A stretch of 64,000 bases of DNA, from NCBI GenBank assembly GCA_001179505.1, contig CDMY01000316.1, positions 1 to 64,000 on the forward strand. Reading direction: 5' to 3'. Both the position numbers and the translations under genes were made by a program. The DNA comes from Vitrella brassicaformis CCMP3155 (Eukaryota > Protista > Chromerida). The notes under the pieces were generated by a model, which saw only the letters and a program-made list of their open reading frames with translations, was not told the origin of the DNA and ran no database searches. Shown here one piece after another: positions 60,559-64,000 of the stretch; position 1 is the stretch's first letter, and every line of letters begins with the position of its first letter.

Positions 60559-61133
60559 ATCAATGAACGAAGCTCAGACGTGGGAGGCTGGGCGGGAGAG
60601 GAAGCGGGAGCTGCCCTCACCACCACGGATGACTGGCAACCTCCTTCTACTTTGCTCCTGGTTTTTCGGTCGCGTCTGCGAGTCATGGGGGCCTGCGTGT
60701 GTGGGTGTGCGGGGTGGGTGGGTTGGCTGCCTGTCAGTGTGTGCGCACGTGTCTTGCGCGAGTCGATTTGCTGCACGTCTGTCTTTCGTGTGTCGGCTGT
60801 ACAAAAGCACTCATTGTTCGTCGTGTCAGTCAACGATGGGACTCGATGACAGACAGACACATCGAATACTGACTGTACGTCACACGCACACAAAAACGAC
60901 TGCAACTAAAGACTAAAGGGAGGGAGGGAGAGAGGGAGGGAGAAAGGAGAAAGGCACAACACAGCACAGCAAACGTGCGCCGGCCCATATGGATGGATGG
61001 ATGGATCAATACTGCTCCTTGATGACATGTACTCTGGCTGCCCCACTGATGCATGCTGGCCGACACGCATCACATGCACACGAAAGTACGAAGGAAGGGG
61101 TGCAGGAGCACACGATTACACAACACACCCACA

Positions 61134-61188
61134 CAGCATGCCCGCCCGTATGCAAGCATGACAGCATGCCCGCCCGTATGCAAGCATG
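61134..61188. repeat. 28-bp tandem duplication between convergent 3' ends
   Basis: cagcatgcccgcccgtatgcaagcatg(a) occurs twice. Confidence 0.9.
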
Positions 61189-61706
61189 CAATCATATCGG
61201 TGAATGCCACTGATTTCTCTCTCTGTGTGTTTGCGAGCCATCCAGGACGAATCTTCGCTGACGTAACAACACGTCAGCAAATACGCGTTCATGGTGTCTC
61301 TCCTACACACAGGAGAAACAATCATCCCACCGACGACCAATCGAAGCAATTAAGTGCTGCCTGTCTGGTTGCCGTGTCTGTCTGTCTGTCTGTTCTACTC
61401 TACCTCTCGGTGTGGTCGTTCGCTGCACGTACGTACGTTCCGAGCTGCCTGCTGGTGGACTGGACTCCACCCCGATGGAAGCTCTCCTCCCAACGGCACA
61501 CTGTGACTCCACTTGCAGTGTGTATGCAAGCAAGGTCGCACTACGCCGTCCAGAAGTCAGCATCCATCAGGGTGGGAGCAAAACCACCGAAAACGCAGAA
61601 TGTCCCTCTCGACGGCAAATCAACCACACGCCACGCAAGGATGTCCACAAGACACGATGAGCGCATGTATGTAGCAAAATCATCCTTCAGTCAGTCAGTC
61701 AGTCAC

Positions 61707-64000
61707 TCAATTCTGCTCCTGTGCGGTGCGGTCTTCGCCCACCTCCCCACCACCGCCACCGCCCCCGCCCCCTTCATGCCCCTCATGCTCCTCGGCCACT
61801 CGCGGCGTCCCGCTAACAGACGTCTCCCTTGTTCTCGGCTGGTGCTCCTTGCCCACGCCGCCCGCTTCAATGCCAACACCACCAGTGGCACCGCCCTTGG
61901 TCGCCGCACTGGTAGAGTCCTGCGACAGCGCCGCTGCGCGCGATGACGACACGTTGGGCGCAGACGAGGAAGGGGGCGACACCGACGAGTCGGGGGACAG
62001 GGCCCTGCTGGGCGAGAGTGCTGGAGGGGTGGGAGGTGGCGTGGATGTGGGTCGGGGAGGGGGCGGTGCCTTCCTTCTCAGGGCGCGTTCGTATCGGTGT
62101 CGGTCTGAGATGCGGTCCTTGGCCTCTTGGGCGGCTCGCACGCGGCCCTCCGTGAGCAGTAGCAGGTCTTCGCGCAGGGTGGAGTCGGACTGCAGGAGGG
62201 CCTCGTCGGCCACCGGCAGCAGGGGGTAGTTGGGCGTCGTGCGGATGTCCCAATAACGCACATTGTCGAAATCGAGGTAGCCCAGCCACGTACTGAGACC
62301 AAACACAGGCACAGGCAGACACGTGTGTTGGTGTTGCTGCGGGCGGGGGGCCAGGGGGCAGGTTTGGGTGTGTGTGTGGGTTTGTGCCCACCCGTTGACT
62401 CTGCTGAGTATGTCGCCGTAGCTGTCTTTGATGGTGCCCTCGAAGTAGTCGGTGGGCTTCCCCCGGACACTGCCAAACACATACTCACACGAGTTGCCTA
62501 CACACATACACACACACACACGCAGACAGACAGACAGACAGACGAGATCGATGCACATGAAGCATGCAGGTCGATTTACCTACCCAGTGAGTCCTCCACA
62601 CGCATCCTTCCGAGGATCTCGTGGCGACACACAGGGCCGTACAGAGTGCCTGAGTGCCACACCACATGCGTTGAAAAGCGAGCCGTTGCACACACCCACC
62701 AATACATGGATGGATGGCTACCCCTTGTGTGTATTTCACCTACCTGTCCAGACGTCCCTGGGCAGTTTGGTCATGGTGACGGTGTGCCCGTCGGTGAAGT
62801 CGACGAACCGCTTCCCCGAGTTGTACAGGTGCATCTGGTTCAGAATGGCGTAGGCGCTGAAGATCGAGTACCCCCAAAACAGAAAACGGTCCTCCGCACC
62901 CACAATCTGACAAAGGCACATGGACAGATGGATGGATGGATGGAAGCGTCAAATGTGCCTGTGGCTACTCACCTGCCAGTGGGTCGTTTGGGGCACGTGC
63001 GCTGTCTGCTCTGAGTAGATGCGGGTGCCGTCTGCAGGCGGCAGAGAGACACAGTGACAAGCACAGCCACGTGCATGACGCCGCCAACATACACAGCGGC
63101 ACAACACACACATACCTGGGAGGAAGGCCTGGTAGGTCTCCCCGAGAGTGGGGTTGATCTGACCATTACCAACACAGACCACAGACCACACACAGACATG
63201 AGAGCGGTGTCTACGCGTGTGCGCCACGCCATCGATGATCACGCCGACTCACACACCGGTTTGAGGAAGTCTGAAGTGACGTGCAGTGAGGCAATGTACA
63301 TGGCGACCACCAGCTTGAGCCGCTCAATGGGGTTGCGACTCGCGGCAGCTCGACGCAGATACAATGGCACGTACGCTGCACGGTGAGGGACAGCCAGACA
63401 CACACACACACACATACATACACACACGAGTTAACCTAACGCCCACACAGCCCACCCACCGAGCACACAGCGTGGAGCTGTGTCGGTCGCTTACTGCATG
63501 CGAGGGTGGTGGTTTGGAGTGAGGATCCGGGCTTGCTGCAGCGAATGGGGAACGATATCCGAGTCAGGTTGAAGTTGCCTGCAGAGGGAGGGAAGCAATG
63601 GGGGGACAGACAAAAGGCAGCAAGATGTCATCCGTGAGCCGCTTGATGAAAGGTCGAATGGAAAGCAATGCATACCCGAGAGAATCTGCCGCCCAATCCA
63701 CTTGAGCACTTCCTGCATCGACACACACACACACACGAGCACACTTCCCATCTCCTCTCAACTCATCTGCACCGAGCTGACCTTGGCCACAGACCGCACC
63801 AGCACAAAGGTGTCTCGATCGGCCAGCAGCAGACCCCCCTTGGCGTCGGTGGTGACGTCACAGCAGGCGGGGCATTTGCGCGACCTGAGCCGCACGGTGC
63901 GGCCCGATGCGGGCCCCACCGATGTGGCTGTTGCGATGCGGAAGTCGTCACGGGAGAAGGGATGCACCCACTCGTCCACCTCCTGATCACAGTGACAGAG
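61707..64000 (-). CDS. Oxysterol-binding protein (OSBP/ORP) family; 5' end beyond the window
   Basis: NLTRISFPIR..PGSSLQ, KPINPTLGET, EQTAHVP, GTWLGYLDFD..RYWD and LLQSDSTLREDL..L..G..AAQEAK are ORD motifs. Pro/Ser-rich tail. Confidence 0.9.

Overview
Eukaryotic, GC-rich, very intron-dense DNA with microsatellite-laden introns and two 300-N gaps. It is inferred to come from an alveolate, most likely a chromerid such as Vitrella: it has an alveolate-type Rab1A and lineage-expanded ankyrin and F-box-like families. I reconstructed about 17 mostly multi-exon genes by hand from GT/GC-AG sites and reading-frame phase. Recognisable ones are VPS33, an MLLE(PABC)-only protein, a GT64+GT34 glycosyltransferase fusion, a cathepsin-B-like C1A protease fused to ankyrin repeats, a SUN-domain protein, an ankyrin-TM-RING ligase, a PX-domain protein, Rab1A and an OSBP cut by the window edge. 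There is no support for rRNA, tRNA, CRISPR or an intact transposon. The most unusual observations are: (1) a tightly packed array of intronless 50-codon hydrophobic ORFs of two types at 0.2-2.1 kb; (2) a spliced, signal-peptide-bearing phage-tail-fibre-like protein with a Peptidase_S74/ICD-like C-terminus; (3) a roughly 25-exon protease-ankyrin gene with intact triad and splice phases but two in-frame TAR stops; (4) many introns whose 5' and 3' arms carry complementary microsatellites oriented with transcription; (5) an F-box-like family ending in a conserved PCNA PIP box; (6) a promoter/first-exon cassette shared by two unrelated genes. Exon boundaries are manual predictions, and no database searches were run.
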